Positions 31,159 to 41,819 are shown, numbered from the stretch's first letter. The stretch: DNA of 64,000 bases from Rubrivivax sp. (GCA_040400915.1 JBBAPI010000006.1:704-64703); one strand, 5' to 3'. The notes: generated by a model from the letters alone, not told the origin. Numbers and translations are program-made.

Positions 31159-31626
31159 ATGCGCGCCGCGCCCCCCGTCAGCCTGCGCTGCTCGGGCGGG
31201 CGCTGGTGGCGCGGCTTGCAAACCGTCTTGCCGACCCTGGCGGCGGCAGCCTGCGGCGTCTGGGCCCTGCAATGGATGCAGCAGGCAGCGGGCTGGGCCG
31301 CCGTGCCGGCTGTGGGGGTGGCGCTGTTGTGCTGGCGCCTGGCTGCGCCGGTCCCCGTTGACTTGGCCTGGGACGGCCAGCTTTGGACGGCCGACGGCCT
31401 GCCAGGGCGGCTGGATGTGATGCTGGACGTCAGCGGTGCCTTGCTGCTGTGCCTGCGGCCCGACCCGCCAGCCGGCCGCCGACGCCGCTGGATCGCCGTC
31501 AGCGCAGCCGAAGCCGGCCCGGCGATGCAGGCCCTGCGCGTGGCCGTCTACCACCGCCCGGCTGCGGCGCCCCCGGGCGCCGTGCCGGCCGGTCCCGCCA
31601 AGCCGGATCGGCCGGTCAGCCGCTGA
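31159..31626 (+). CDS. Small hypothetical membrane protein between fabF and rpoE
   Basis: Fills the gap exactly; two N-terminal hydrophobic segments; LAWDGQLW...LDVSGALLLCL...ALRVAVY. Confidence 0.65.
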   Translation: MRAAPPVSLRCSGGRWWRGLQTVLPTLAAAACGVWALQWMQQAAGWAAVPAVGVALLCWRLAAPVPVDLAWDGQLWTADGLPGRLDVMLDVSGALLLCLRPDPPAGRRRRWIAVSAAEAGPAMQALRVAVYHRPAAAPPGAVPAGPAKPDRPVSR

Positions 31627-32235
31627 ATGGCCGACACCGATGTCGACGCCGGGCTGGTCGAGCGGGCCCAGCGGGGCGACGTCCGCGCCTTCGAGATGCT
31701 GGTGGTCAAGTACCAGCGTCGGGTCGAAAGGCTGATCGGCCGCATGGTGCGCGACAGCGACCTGGTGCAGGACATCGCGCAGGAAAGCTTCATCCGCGCC
31801 TACCGCGCCCTGCCGCAGTTTCGCGGCGAGGCCGCCTTCTACACCTGGCTGTACCGCATCGCCGTCAACACCGCCAGGCAAGCCCTGGGCGACATGAAGC
31901 GCGACCCGCTGCTCTTCGAGTCGGCGCGCGGCGCCGTCGAAGAGGGCGATGAAACTTTCCGGCCTGAAAATGAACCAATCGACAACGCGACACCCGAAGC
32001 GGAGTTGGCGAGCAAAGAGATCGCTGCGGCGGTGAATGCCGCGATCGAAGCCTTGACCGAAGACCTGCGTGTGGCCATCACCCTGCGCGAGATCGAAGGC
32101 CTCAGTTACGAGGACATCGCCGAAGTCATGAACTGCCCCATCGGTACCGTGCGCTCGCGCATCTTCCGCGCCCGCGAGGCCATCGCCACCCGTCTGCGGC
32201 CTTTGCTCGACACGCGCGACGGCGAGCGCTGGTAG
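31627..32235 (+). CDS. rpoE: ECF sigma factor RpoE
   Basis: AFEMLVVKYQRR, FYTWLYRIAVNTA and LSYEDIAEVMNCPIGTVRSRIFRAR. Confidence 0.97.
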   Translation: MADTDVDAGLVERAQRGDVRAFEMLVVKYQRRVERLIGRMVRDSDLVQDIAQESFIRAYRALPQFRGEAAFYTWLYRIAVNTARQALGDMKRDPLLFESARGAVEEGDETFRPENEPIDNATPEAELASKEIAAAVNAAIEALTEDLRVAITLREIEGLSYEDIAEVMNCPIGTVRSRIFRAREAIATRLRPLLDTRDGERW

Positions 32236-32300
32236 CGTTGCGGCCACCCGCTGCTCGCCGACCGCCCCGAACCACCTGACCGACCTGCTCCACCCCTTCC

Positions 32301-32918
32301 ATGCACGCCGAACCCGACCCCCGTTCCACGGCCCTCAGCGACGACGAACAGCGTGGCCTGTGGCTCTCGGCCTGCGCCGATGGCGAAGCGCAGGCCCTCG
32401 ACCCGGCCTGCCGCCTGTGGCGCGATGACGCCGCTGCACGCCAGACCTGGCACCGCTACCACCTGATCGGCGATGTGATGCGCTCAGCCGATCTGGCCTT
32501 CACACCGGCGCGCGATGCCGCCCTGATGGCCGGCCTGCGCCGCCGCCTGGCGGCCGAGCCCGTGGTGCTGGCGCCAGCGGCCCTGCCTGCGCCGCGGGCA
32601 GCGGCTGCGCCGCGCCCGGCGTGGCGCCTGCCGGCGGCGCTGGCCGCCAGCTTCGTGCTCGTGGCGGGTGCCTTCACGGTGGCCCGCCTGGGCCCGGTTC
32701 CAGTGGGCGGCGACTTGGCGGACGGCAGCGGCGCAGCGGCCTTGGTGGCTCAAGCCAACACGCACCCCGGCAACGCTGTCGGCGCCCTGATCACCGACCC
32801 GCGGCTGGACGAATTCCTGCGCGCCCACCAGGCCATGGGCGGCGGCATGCAGGCCGCAGCGCCGGGCAGCAGCCTGCGGCGGGTCGAAGGCATCGTTCCC
32901 GCCGTCGCCCGCCCTTGA
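32301..32918 (+). CDS. rseA: Anti-sigma factor RseA/MucA
   Basis: LSACADGE...WHRYHLIGDVMR, one TM segment, DPRLDEFLRAH. Confidence 0.88.
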   Translation: MHAEPDPRSTALSDDEQRGLWLSACADGEAQALDPACRLWRDDAAARQTWHRYHLIGDVMRSADLAFTPARDAALMAGLRRRLAAEPVVLAPAALPAPRAAAAPRPAWRLPAALAASFVLVAGAFTVARLGPVPVGGDLADGSGAAALVAQANTHPGNAVGALITDPRLDEFLRAHQAMGGGMQAAAPGSSLRRVEGIVPAVARP

Positions 32919-33988
32919 TGGTGCTGTCGCGTTCGCGCTGGCGGCCGCGGTGGGCGGTCGCCGTGGTTCTGGCCTGGGCCTGGGCCACCTGGCCGGCGCT
33001 GGCGCTGGCCGCGCCCGACGCGCCAGCCAGCAGCCCGACGCTGGATGCCCGGGCCTGGATCCACCGCATCCACGCCGCGGCCAACGCCGGCAACTACCAG
33101 GGCACGCTGGTGTTCAGTGCGGGCGGCACGCTGTCGAGCTCGCGGGTCGCGCACTACGCCGTGGGCGACCAGGTCTACGAGCAGCTCGAAGCACTCGACG
33201 GCCGCGAGCAGCGCATCCTGCGCCACAACGATGTAGTCCAGACGCTGTGGCCGCAGACGCGCACGGCGGTGGTCGAAAAGCGCGAAACGTTGCCCGGCTG
33301 GTCGACCACGCCGCAGGCCGTCGAGCCGCAGGCGCTGGAGCACTACGACCTGCGCCGGGAAGCCGACAGCCGCGTGGCCGGGCGCGATGCCGCCGTCTTT
33401 GTGCTCGAACCGCGCGACGGCCTGCGCTATGCCCAGCGCTTCTGGGCCGACCTGGCCACCGGCTTGATGTTGCGGGCCGACCTGCTGGGCCTGGCGGCGC
33501 CGGCTGCAGGCGGCGCACCCGTGCCACGCCCGGTGCTGGAATCGACGGCTTTTTCTGAAGTGGCCATCGCCGTCAAGCCGCAGCCCGAGAGCGTCACGCA
33601 GGCGATGCAGAACCTGGGCAAGCAGGGCGGCTGGCGCATCGTCAAACCGCAGCAGCAGCGCAGCACGCTGGACAGCGAAGGCTGGGTGCTGGCCAACCCG
33701 GTGGCGGGTTACAAGCTGGCCGGTTGCGTGCGCCGCGGCATGGACGCCACCGGTGACGACCAGCCGGTGCTGCAAGCGGTGTTCACCGATGGCCTGACGC
33801 ATGTCTCGGTGTTTGCCGAGAGCTACAAGCCGCAGCGCCACCAGAGCGAGACGCAGATGCAGGCCCAGCACGGCGCCACGGCGATGCTGACGCAGCGCCG
33901 GGGCGGCCACTGGCTGACGGCGGTGGGCGATGTGCCGCTGGCCACGCTCAAGCTCTTCGCCGCCGCGCTGGAGCGGCGGCGGCCTTGA
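32918..33988 (+). CDS. rseB: Periplasmic RseB/MucB
   Basis: Signal peptide, NYQGTLVF, LEALDG, RVAGR and VFTDGLTHVSVF; TGATG coupling at 32916-32920. Confidence 0.9.
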   Translation: MVLSRSRWRPRWAVAVVLAWAWATWPALALAAPDAPASSPTLDARAWIHRIHAAANAGNYQGTLVFSAGGTLSSSRVAHYAVGDQVYEQLEALDGREQRILRHNDVVQTLWPQTRTAVVEKRETLPGWSTTPQAVEPQALEHYDLRREADSRVAGRDAAVFVLEPRDGLRYAQRFWADLATGLMLRADLLGLAAPAAGGAPVPRPVLESTAFSEVAIAVKPQPESVTQAMQNLGKQGGWRIVKPQQQRSTLDSEGWVLANPVAGYKLAGCVRRGMDATGDDQPVLQAVFTDGLTHVSVFAESYKPQRHQSETQMQAQHGATAMLTQRRGGHWLTAVGDVPLATLKLFAAALERRRP

Positions 33989-34103
33989 ACTGGCGCCACC
34001 AGACCCCCAACTGCGGCCAGCCGCGCCCAGGAATAGCCCTTCGCCGCAGGCCCTCCGCCCGCAGCGGTTCCAATTCGTCCCCCCGTTCCAGGAAATTCAT
34101 CGC

Positions 34104-35576
34104 ATGAACGCACTTCGCCCGACTTCCACCCGCAGCGGGTCCGGCCGCCTGGCAGCCGTCGCAGCGGTCTGTCTGCTGACCTTGACGGCCCTGCCGCCGG
34201 GCATCAGCCACGCCCAGGCCGCGCCGTCGCTGCAACTGCCCGACTTCACCGAACTGGTCGAGCGCGTGGGGCCTTCGGTGGTCAACATCCGCACGACCGA
34301 GAAGCGCGGCGGCGCTGCGGCCAATGGCGAGGTCGATCCCAACATGGAAGAGTTCCTCCGCCGTTTCGGTATCCCCATGCCCAACCGGCCGAACCCGCGC
34401 CAGGCGCCGCGCAACGAGGAAGAGCCGCAGCCACGTGGCGTCGGCTCGGGCTTCATCCTCAGCGCCGACGGCTACATCATGACCAATGCCCACGTCGTCG
34501 AAGGCGCCGAAGAAGTCATCGTCCGGCTGACCGACAAGCGCGAGTTCAAGGCCCGCATCGTCGGCGCCGACAAGCGCAGCGACGTCGCCGTGGTCAAGGT
34601 CGAAGCCACGGGCCTGCCCTTCGTGAAGATCGGTGACGTGAACCGGCTGAAGGTCGGTGAATGGGTGATGGCCATCGGCTCGCCCTTCGATCTCGACAAC
34701 ACCGTCACCGCCGGCATCGTCAGCGCCAAGCAGCGCGACACCGGTGACAGCTATCTGCCCCTGATCCAGACCGATGTGGCCATCAACCCCGGCAACTCGG
34801 GCGGCCCGCTGATCAACCTGCGCGGCGAGGTGGTGGGCATCAACTCGCAGATCTACAGCCGCTCGGGCGGCTACATGGGCATCAGCTTCGCCATCCCCAT
34901 CGACGAGGCCACGCGCGTGGCCGAGCAGCTGCGCGCCAGCGGGCGCGTCAGCCGCGGGCGCATCGGTGTCGGCATCACGCAGGTCAGCAAGGAGGTGGCC
35001 GAGTCCATCGGCCTGGGCGCGCCGCGCGGCGCACTGGTCACCAGCGTCGAGAAGGACGGGCCGGCCGACAAGGCCGGCATCGAGGCCGGCGACATCCTGT
35101 TGAAGGTCGATGGCAAGGGGGTCGAGAAATCGGCCGATCTGCCGCGTCTGATCGGCAGCATCAAGCCCGGGGCCAAGGCCACGCTGCAGTTGTTCCGCCG
35201 CGGCAGCATGCGGGACGTGGGCGTGACGGTGGTCGAGTTCGAACCCGAGAAGCCCGTCAAGCGCGCTGCCGCCGAAGCCGGCAGTGCCCCGCAGGCCGCC
35301 AAGAGCGTGCTGGGCATCACGGCCTCGGACATCACCGAGGCGCAGAAGAAGGAACTGCGCGTGCGCGGCGGCGTGAAGGTCGATGCGGTGGAAGGCGCCG
35401 CAGCCCGCGCCGGCCTGCGTGACGGCGACGTCATCCTGTCCCTCGACAACACCGAGATCAGCGATGGCAAGCAGTTCGCCGCCGTGGCCAGCAAGGCCGA
35501 AAAATCCAAGACCGTGACCTTGCTGGTTCGGCGCGGCGACTGGACCAACTACATCGTCATCCGCCCCGGCCGCTGA
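34104..35576 (+). CDS. degP: DegP/MucD HtrA-family serine protease with two PDZ domains
   Basis: GVGSGFI, TNAHVV, SDVAVVK and AINPGNSGGPL; start ATG 34104. Confidence 0.93.
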   Translation: MNALRPTSTRSGSGRLAAVAAVCLLTLTALPPGISHAQAAPSLQLPDFTELVERVGPSVVNIRTTEKRGGAAANGEVDPNMEEFLRRFGIPMPNRPNPRQAPRNEEEPQPRGVGSGFILSADGYIMTNAHVVEGAEEVIVRLTDKREFKARIVGADKRSDVAVVKVEATGLPFVKIGDVNRLKVGEWVMAIGSPFDLDNTVTAGIVSAKQRDTGDSYLPLIQTDVAINPGNSGGPLINLRGEVVGINSQIYSRSGGYMGISFAIPIDEATRVAEQLRASGRVSRGRIGVGITQVSKEVAESIGLGAPRGALVTSVEKDGPADKAGIEAGDILLKVDGKGVEKSADLPRLIGSIKPGAKATLQLFRRGSMRDVGVTVVEFEPEKPVKRAAAEAGSAPQAAKSVLGITASDITEAQKKELRVRGGVKVDAVEGAAARAGLRDGDVILSLDNTEISDGKQFAAVASKAEKSKTVTLLVRRGDWTNYIVIRPGR

Positions 35577-35607
35577 GACCCCGGCGGTGCCGATGGCGCT
35601 GCTTCGG

Positions 35608-35645
35608 AGACCCGGCCGCTACTTGACCAGGGCGGCGGGTCTTTC
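35608..35645 (+). terminator. Probable terminator after degP
   Basis: AGACCC(G)GCCGC / GCGGCGGGTCT stem followed by a short T run. Confidence 0.55.
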
Positions 35646-35983
35646 CGCATCGTGAAGTGAAGGGTGATTTCCTTCCCGGCTGCTTCGGCGTCTGCTGACA
35701 CCTGCAAGTTAGTGACCTTTCACTTCAAGTGAGGGCGGTCCGTGATTAACACGGTGGCCGATTAGAATATCGCCCAATAGCGGCTTGATTTAGGCGCTTG
35801 AGGGGCCCAAAGACCGCGCTCAAGCCCCGCAGTCGATCTGCTGACAAACCTGTTGATGACTTGTGGACAACTTTGGCTGTCGGATCGCTGCAACGACCGG
35901 AACCCGAGCACTGACGCGGGTTCCCGCTTGATCGTTTTGGCTACAATGGTTTCCCAACAAGCAGTTGCCAAACGTTCTGTTGG

Positions 35984-36018
35984 AAGGCGCGTCATCCGAT
36001 TCGACGCGCCTTTTTTTT
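35984..36018 (+). terminator. Intrinsic terminator-like hairpin upstream of lepA
   Basis: AAGGCGCGTC-ATCCGATTC-GACGCGCC followed by T8. Confidence 0.75.
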
Positions 36019-36136
36019 GGCCTCAGCAAGGCGCCGAGTGCCCCAAATTCGGCCTTCACATCGCGCCGCGATCTGAGCTCACGCTGAGGCGGCTTGCGCC
36101 ACTTTGCCTCTCACGCAAAGCCTGCACCCGAAGTCC

Positions 36137-37945
36137 ATGAACCACATCCGAAACTTCTCCATCATTGCCCACATCGACCACGGCAAGAGCACGCTGGCCG
36201 ATCGCATCATCCAGCGCTGCGGCGGCCTGTCCGACCGCGAGATGGAAGCGCAGGTGCTCGACTCGATGGACATCGAGCGCGAGCGTGGCATCACCATCAA
36301 GGCGCAGACCGCCGCGCTGGAATACAAGGCCCGCGACGGCCAGATCTACCAGCTGAACCTGATCGACACGCCGGGGCACGTCGACTTCTCTTACGAAGTC
36401 AGCCGCTCGCTGTCGGCCTGCGAAGGCGCGCTGCTGGTGGTCGACGCGTCGCAGGGCGTCGAAGCGCAGACGGTGGCCAACTGCTACACCGCGCTGGACC
36501 TCGGCGTGACCGTGGTGCCCGTGCTCAACAAGATGGACCTGCCGAACGCCGACCCCGACAACGCCAAGAGCGAGATCGAGGACGTGATCGGCATCGACGC
36601 CGACGACGCCATCCCGTGTTCGGCCAAGACCGGCATGGGCCTGGACGACATCCTGGAAGCCGTGATCACGCGCATGCCGCCGCCGCGCGGCAACCCCGAC
36701 GGCCCGCCGCGGGCCATGATCGTCGACAGCTGGTTCGACAACTACGTCGGCGTGGTGATGCTGGTGCGCGTGGTGGACGGCATCCTGAAGAAGGGTGAGC
36801 GCATCCGCATGATGGCCACCAACTCGGTCTACCCGATCGAGCAGATGGGCGTTTTCACGCCCAAGAACGTGTCGCGCGACGCGCTGAAGGCTGGCGAGGT
36901 CGGCTTCATCATCTGCGGTATCAAGGAACTTCAGGCCGCCAAGGTGGGCGACACCGTGACGGTGGACAAGAAGCTGCCCAACAACGCCGGCCCGGCGCTG
37001 CAAGCGCTGCCCGGTTTCAAGGAAATCCAGCCCCAGGTTTTCGCCGGTCTGTACCCCACCGAGGCGAGCGAATACGACCAGCTGCGCGACGCGCTGGAAA
37101 AGCTCAAGCTCAACGACTCTTCGCTGCGCTACGAACCCGAAGTCAGCCAGGCGCTGGGCTTCGGTTTTCGCTGCGGCTTCCTGGGCCTGCTGCACATGGA
37201 AATCGTGCAGGAGCGCCTGGAGCGCGAGTTCGACCAGGACCTGATCACGACCGCGCCCAGCGTGGTCTACGAAGTCGAGTTGAACGACGGCACCGTGATC
37301 TCGGTCGAGAACCCCAGCAAGATGCCCGACCTGGGCCGCATCCGCGAGATCCGCGAGCCCATCGTCACCGTGCACCTCTACATGCCGCAAGACAGCGTAG
37401 GCCCGGTGATGACGCTGGCCAACGCCAAGCGCGGCCTGCAGATGAACATGGCCTACCACGGCCGCCAGGTGATGCTGACCTATGAGCTGCCGCTGGCCGA
37501 AATCGTGCTGGACTTCTTCGACAAGCTGAAGAGCGTGTCGCGCGGCTACGCCTCGATGGACTACGAGTTCAAGGAATACCGCGCCGCCGATGTCGTGAAG
37601 GTCGACCTGATGATCAACGGCGACCGGGTCGATGCGCTGTCCATCATCGTGCACCGTGCGCAGAGCCTGTACCGCGGCCGCGCGGTGGCGTCCAAGATGC
37701 GCCAGCAGATCCCGCGCCAGATGTACGACGTGGCCATCCAGGCGTCCATCGGCGCGAACATCATCGCCCGCGAAGACATCAAGGCGCTGCGCAAGAACGT
37801 GCTGGCAAAATGCTATGGCGGCGACATCAGCCGCAAGAAGAAGCTGCTCGAAAAACAAAAGGCCGGCAAGAAACGCATGAAACAGATCGGCACCGTCGAA
37901 GTGCCGCAGGAAGCGTTCCTGGCCATCTTGCAAGTCGACGATTGA
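36137..37945 (+). CDS. lepA: Translation elongation factor 4 (LepA)
   Basis: [31 protein letters not shown] and [14 protein letters not shown]. Confidence 0.99.
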   Translation: MNHIRNFSIIAHIDHGKSTLADRIIQRCGGLSDREMEAQVLDSMDIERERGITIKAQTAALEYKARDGQIYQLNLIDTPGHVDFSYEVSRSLSACEGALLVVDASQGVEAQTVANCYTALDLGVTVVPVLNKMDLPNADPDNAKSEIEDVIGIDADDAIPCSAKTGMGLDDILEAVITRMPPPRGNPDGPPRAMIVDSWFDNYVGVVMLVRVVDGILKKGERIRMMATNSVYPIEQMGVFTPKNVSRDALKAGEVGFIICGIKELQAAKVGDTVTVDKKLPNNAGPALQALPGFKEIQPQVFAGLYPTEASEYDQLRDALEKLKLNDSSLRYEPEVSQALGFGFRCGFLGLLHMEIVQERLEREFDQDLITTAPSVVYEVELNDGTVISVENPSKMPDLGRIREIREPIVTVHLYMPQDSVGPVMTLANAKRGLQMNMAYHGRQVMLTYELPLAEIVLDFFDKLKSVSRGYASMDYEFKEYRAADVVKVDLMINGDRVDALSIIVHRAQSLYRGRAVASKMRQQIPRQMYDVAIQASIGANIIAREDIKALRKNVLAKCYGGDISRKKKLLEKQKAGKKRMKQIGTVEVPQEAFLAILQVDD

Positions 37946-37962
37946 TCACCTCCGCCCGCCCA

Positions 37963-38940
37963 ATGTCATCCATGGCTACCCTGACCGCCGCCCTCTACGG
38001 CGCCCTGATCGTCTACCTCGGTGGTTGGTTCCTCGGGCAATGGAGCGGCAACTTCTCGTTGTTGCTGTTCATGTTGACGATGGTGACGCTGTGCTTCTGG
38101 CTGGCCGAGCGCTTCGTCTTCCAGCCCAAGCGGGTGGCCGCCGCGATCACCCTGGAACAGCAGGACGCTGCGCGCCGTGCGCAACTGGCCAAGCAGGGCA
38201 TCGCCCGTGTCGACGGCGACATCGAAGAGGCCAAGCACAAGCTGCTGATGCAGCCCTGGTGGCTGGACTGGACGGCCGGTCTGTTCCCGGTGATCCTGAT
38301 CGTCTTCCTGCTGCGGTCTTTCCTGTTCGAGCCGTTCAAGATTCCGTCGGGTTCCATGGTGCCCACGCTGCTGGTCGGTGACCTGATCCTGGTCAGCAAG
38401 TTCCACTACGGCGTGCGCCTGCCGGTGATCAACAAGAAGATCATCGACAACCACCCGGTGGCGCGCGGCGACGTCATGGTCTTCCGCTACCCGGTGGACC
38501 CGCGGCTGGACTACATCAAGCGGGTCGTCGGGCTGCCGGGTGACGAGATTGCCTACCTGGGGCAGAAGCTGACGGTGAATGGTGTGCTGGTGCCCACCGT
38601 GGCCCAGGGCGAGCACTACGATGAGGACAGCATGAGCTACTCGCCGATGTACACCGAGAAGTTCGGCGAACAAGTGCACAAGATCCGCGTCGACCTGCGG
38701 CGATCGGCTTACTATGGGCCCGAGCCGCACGGCTTTCCCAACGCCCAGAACTGCCGCTACAGCCCTGAGGGCGTGGTTTGCAAAGTGCCGCCGGGGCACT
38801 ATTTTATGATGGGCGACAACCGCGACAACTCGCAGGATTCGCGCTACTGGGGTTTCGTGCCGGACGCCAACATCGTCGGCAAGGCCTTTCTGGTGTGGAT
38901 GAACTTCGGCAATCTGGGGCGTATCGGCGCCTTCCAATGA
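37963..38940 (+). CDS. lepB: Signal peptidase I
   Basis: IPSGSMVPTL, DYIKRVVGLPGD and GDNRDNSQDSRYWG. Confidence 0.97.
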   Translation: MSSMATLTAALYGALIVYLGGWFLGQWSGNFSLLLFMLTMVTLCFWLAERFVFQPKRVAAAITLEQQDAARRAQLAKQGIARVDGDIEEAKHKLLMQPWWLDWTAGLFPVILIVFLLRSFLFEPFKIPSGSMVPTLLVGDLILVSKFHYGVRLPVINKKIIDNHPVARGDVMVFRYPVDPRLDYIKRVVGLPGDEIAYLGQKLTVNGVLVPTVAQGEHYDEDSMSYSPMYTEKFGEQVHKIRVDLRRSAYYGPEPHGFPNAQNCRYSPEGVVCKVPPGHYFMMGDNRDNSQDSRYWGFVPDANIVGKAFLVWMNFGNLGRIGAFQ

Positions 38941-38977
38941 GCCCTGCGCGGGCTGGCAGGAGTGAGCAGCAGTGAGC

Positions 38978-39382
38978 ATGCGTTCAGGGCACCGGGTTCG
39001 CGCAGCACCGAACCCCGGTCAGCGATACGGCCGCCGCGCGCAGCAGCGTGGTATCACCTTGTTCGGCTTGTTGTTCTGGGTGGTGCTGATCGGCTTCGCT
39101 GCCTACCTGACGATTCGCACACTGCCCACGGTGAACGAGTACTACACCATCCAGAAGGCCGTCGACACCATCGCCAAGGCCCAGCCACCCACGGTACCGG
39201 AAGTCAGGCTGGCCTTTGAGCGGCAAAAGGAACTGGAGTATTCGATCAGTTCCATCACCAGCAAGGATCTGGCCATCACCAAGGAAAACGACAGGGTCGT
39301 GATTGCCTTTGCCTACGACAAGCTGATCCCGATCATGGGTCCGGTGTACTTGCTGATCAAGTACGAGGGTCGATCGAAATAG
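38978..39382 (+). CDS. DUF4845 family protein
   Basis: QRGITLFGLL pilin-like N-terminus; usual lepB-rnc position. Confidence 0.85.
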   Translation: MRSGHRVRAAPNPGQRYGRRAQQRGITLFGLLFWVVLIGFAAYLTIRTLPTVNEYYTIQKAVDTIAKAQPPTVPEVRLAFERQKELEYSISSITSKDLAITKENDRVVIAFAYDKLIPIMGPVYLLIKYEGRSK

Positions 39383-39387
39383 GCGCC

Positions 39388-40104
39388 ATGGAAGGCGGCA
39401 CAGCCCCGGCCCTGCAGACGCTGCAAACGCGCCTGGGCTACCGCTACACCCGCGCCGACCTGCTGCGCCGGGCCCTGACCCACCGCAGTTGGGGCGCCGA
39501 GCACAACGAGCGGCTGGAATTTCTGGGTGACGCGGTGCTGAGCCTGGCCGTGTCGCGGCTGCTCTACGAACGCCATGCCGACAGCGACGAAGGCGACCTG
39601 ACCCGCGTGCGGGCCCACCTCGTGCGTGAAGACAGCCTGCACCGCGTGGCGCTGGGCCTGGGCCTGCCCGAGGTGATGCGCCTGTCCGAAGGCGAAGCAC
39701 GGGGCGGCGGCGCGCAACGGCCGTCGATCCTGGCCGACGCGGTGGAGGCGCTGATCGGCGCGGTCTTCCTCGAAGGCGGCTACGAGGCCGCGCATGCCGT
39801 GGTGCAGCGCCTGTTCGGCGAGATCATCTCCGCCACCGAGGCCGAAAGCTGGGGCAAGGACGCCAAGACCGAATTGCAGGAATGGTTGCAGGCCCGCCGC
39901 GTGCCGGTACCGGCCTACCGCATCACCGCCACGCGGGGGCAGGCGCACGCGCAGACCTTTGAAGTCGAGTGTGCCGTGCCCACGCTGGGCCTGGCCGAGC
40001 GTGGCGAAGGCCGATCGCGCCGCGTGGCCGAACAAGAAGCGGCCCGGCTCCTGCTGGCCAGCCTGAAAGCGAGCGACCGCCCTGGTGGCCCGCTGAGATC
40101 ATGA
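39388..40104 (+). CDS. rnc: Ribonuclease III
   Basis: [12 protein letters not shown] signature plus dsRBD (DAKTELQE). Confidence 0.98.
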   Translation: MEGGTAPALQTLQTRLGYRYTRADLLRRALTHRSWGAEHNERLEFLGDAVLSLAVSRLLYERHADSDEGDLTRVRAHLVREDSLHRVALGLGLPEVMRLSEGEARGGGAQRPSILADAVEALIGAVFLEGGYEAAHAVVQRLFGEIISATEAESWGKDAKTELQEWLQARRVPVPAYRITATRGQAHAQTFEVECAVPTLGLAERGEGRSRRVAEQEAARLLLASLKASDRPGGPLRS

Positions 40105-40114
40105 AACGGACCCT

Positions 40115-41062
40115 GTGAACGACACCCCTGAGACCCCCCCCGACGCTGCCACTGAACCCGCTGACGAACCGGCATCCGGCACGCCGCGCCGTTGCGGCCT
40201 GGTGGCCATCGTCGGCCGCCCCAACGTCGGCAAGAGCACGCTGCTGAACGCGCTGGTGGGGCAGAAGATCAGCATCACCAGCAACAAGGCGCAGACCACG
40301 CGCCACCGCATCACCGGCATCCGCACCGAAGGCGTGGCGCAGTTCGTCTTCGTCGACACGCCAGGCTTCCAGACCAAGCACGGCACGGCGCTGAACCGCA
40401 CGCTGAACCGCACGGTGCTGTCCTCGCTGGGCGATGTCGACGTGGTGCTCTTCGTCGTCGAAGCCGGCAAGTTCGGCGCGCCCGACGCCAAGGTGCTGGG
40501 CCTGCTGCCGGTGGGCAAGCCGGCCTTGCTGATCGCCAACAAGCTCGACGAACTTCAGCGCCGGCAGGACGTGCTGCCCTGGCTGCAGCAGATGCAGGGC
40601 CGCCACGCCTTCGCCGAATTCGTGCCCATGTCGGCCACGCGCGAGGCCGACGTGACGCGGCTGCTGAACATCGTGCAGCCCTACCTGCCCGAGCAGCCCT
40701 GGCTCTACGAAGAAGACGCGCTGACCGACCGCAGCGAGCGCTTCCTGGCCGGCGAGATGGTGCGCGAAAAGCTGTTCCGTCTGACCGGGGACGAGTTGCC
40801 CTACAACGCCACGGTGGTCATCGATTCCTTCGTCGAAGAAGGCAATTTGCGGCGCATCGCGGCCACCATCGTGGTCGAGCGCGATGCCCACAAGGGCATG
40901 ATCATCGGTGAGGGCGGCGAACGCCTGAAGCGCATCGGCAGCGAGACCCGGCAAGACCTGGAACGCCTGTGGGACGCCAAGGTCTTCCTGGAACTGTGGG
41001 TCAAGGTGCGTTCGGGCTGGGCCGACGACGAAGCGCATCTGCGCAGTTATGGCTACGAGTAA
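40115..41062 (+). CDS. era: GTPase Era
   Basis: [24 protein letters not shown] and a KH domain. Confidence 0.98.
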   Translation: MNDTPETPPDAATEPADEPASGTPRRCGLVAIVGRPNVGKSTLLNALVGQKISITSNKAQTTRHRITGIRTEGVAQFVFVDTPGFQTKHGTALNRTLNRTVLSSLGDVDVVLFVVEAGKFGAPDAKVLGLLPVGKPALLIANKLDELQRRQDVLPWLQQMQGRHAFAEFVPMSATREADVTRLLNIVQPYLPEQPWLYEEDALTDRSERFLAGEMVREKLFRLTGDELPYNATVVIDSFVEEGNLRRIAATIVVERDAHKGMIIGEGGERLKRIGSETRQDLERLWDAKVFLELWVKVRSGWADDEAHLRSYGYE

Positions 41063-41819
41063 GGCCTCAGTCCCGCTGCTCAGCTACGTCCTGCACCGCT
41101 ACGACTGGAGCGAAACCAGCCTGATCGTGGAGCTCTACACCCGCGCGCAAGGCCGGGTGGTGGTGATCGCCAAAGGCGCCAAGCGCCCGACCTCGCAGCT
41201 GCGGCCCGTGCTGCTCCCCTTCCAGCCCCTGCACGCCTTGCTGGGCAAGACGCCAGCCGACGCCCAGAACGAGGTGCACGTGCTGCGCAGCGCCGAGTGG
41301 GCCGGCGGGCAGCCGCTGCTGGCGGCGGCGGCGATGTTCTCGGGTTTCTACCTCAACGAGCTGTTGCTGAAACTCCTGGCGCGACAGGACCCGCACCCGG
41401 CCCTGTTCGACGCCTACGCCGCGACGCTGGCGGCCCTGGCCACCGAGGCCGATGAAGCCGCCGCGCTGCGCGCTTTCGAGCTGGTTTTGCTGCGCGAACT
41501 GGGCTGGCTGCCCGAGCTGAACGCGGTGACGCTGACCGCCGAGGACCTGCAGCCCGAGCAGCACTACACCTTGCAGGCCGAGGCCGGCATCGTGCCGGCC
41601 GGCAAGGGGCCCCGTGGCCGCGCCTGGGTGGCACTGGAAGCCGCGCTGACCCACGGCAGCATGGCCGCGCTGCGGGCCGCCTGTGCACCCGAAGCCGCGG
41701 CCTTGCGGGTGCCGCTGCGCGCGCTGCTTCACTATCATCTGGGTCCCGCGCCGCTGCGCACGCGCCAGGTCTGGCAAGGCGTGCAGCGACTGGCGCAGAC
41801 TGCACCCAACAGCCCATGA
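41049..41819 (+). CDS. recO: DNA repair protein RecO
   Basis: [21 protein letters not shown] and GFYLNELL. Confidence 0.95.
   Translation: MATSKASVPLLSYVLHRYDWSETSLIVELYTRAQGRVVVIAKGAKRPTSQLRPVLLPFQPLHALLGKTPADAQNEVHVLRSAEWAGGQPLLAAAAMFSGFYLNELLLKLLARQDPHPALFDAYAATLAALATEADEAAALRAFELVLLRELGWLPELNAVTLTAEDLQPEQHYTLQAEAGIVPAGKGPRGRAWVALEAALTHGSMAALRAACAPEAAALRVPLRALLHYHLGPAPLRTRQVWQGVQRLAQTAPNSP

Noticed and set aside
28618-32247. 1209-aa - strand ORF
   Set aside because: Antisense shadow of fabG-acpP-fabF-hyp-rpoE, which share one frame; no recognisable motifs. Expected in high-GC DNA.
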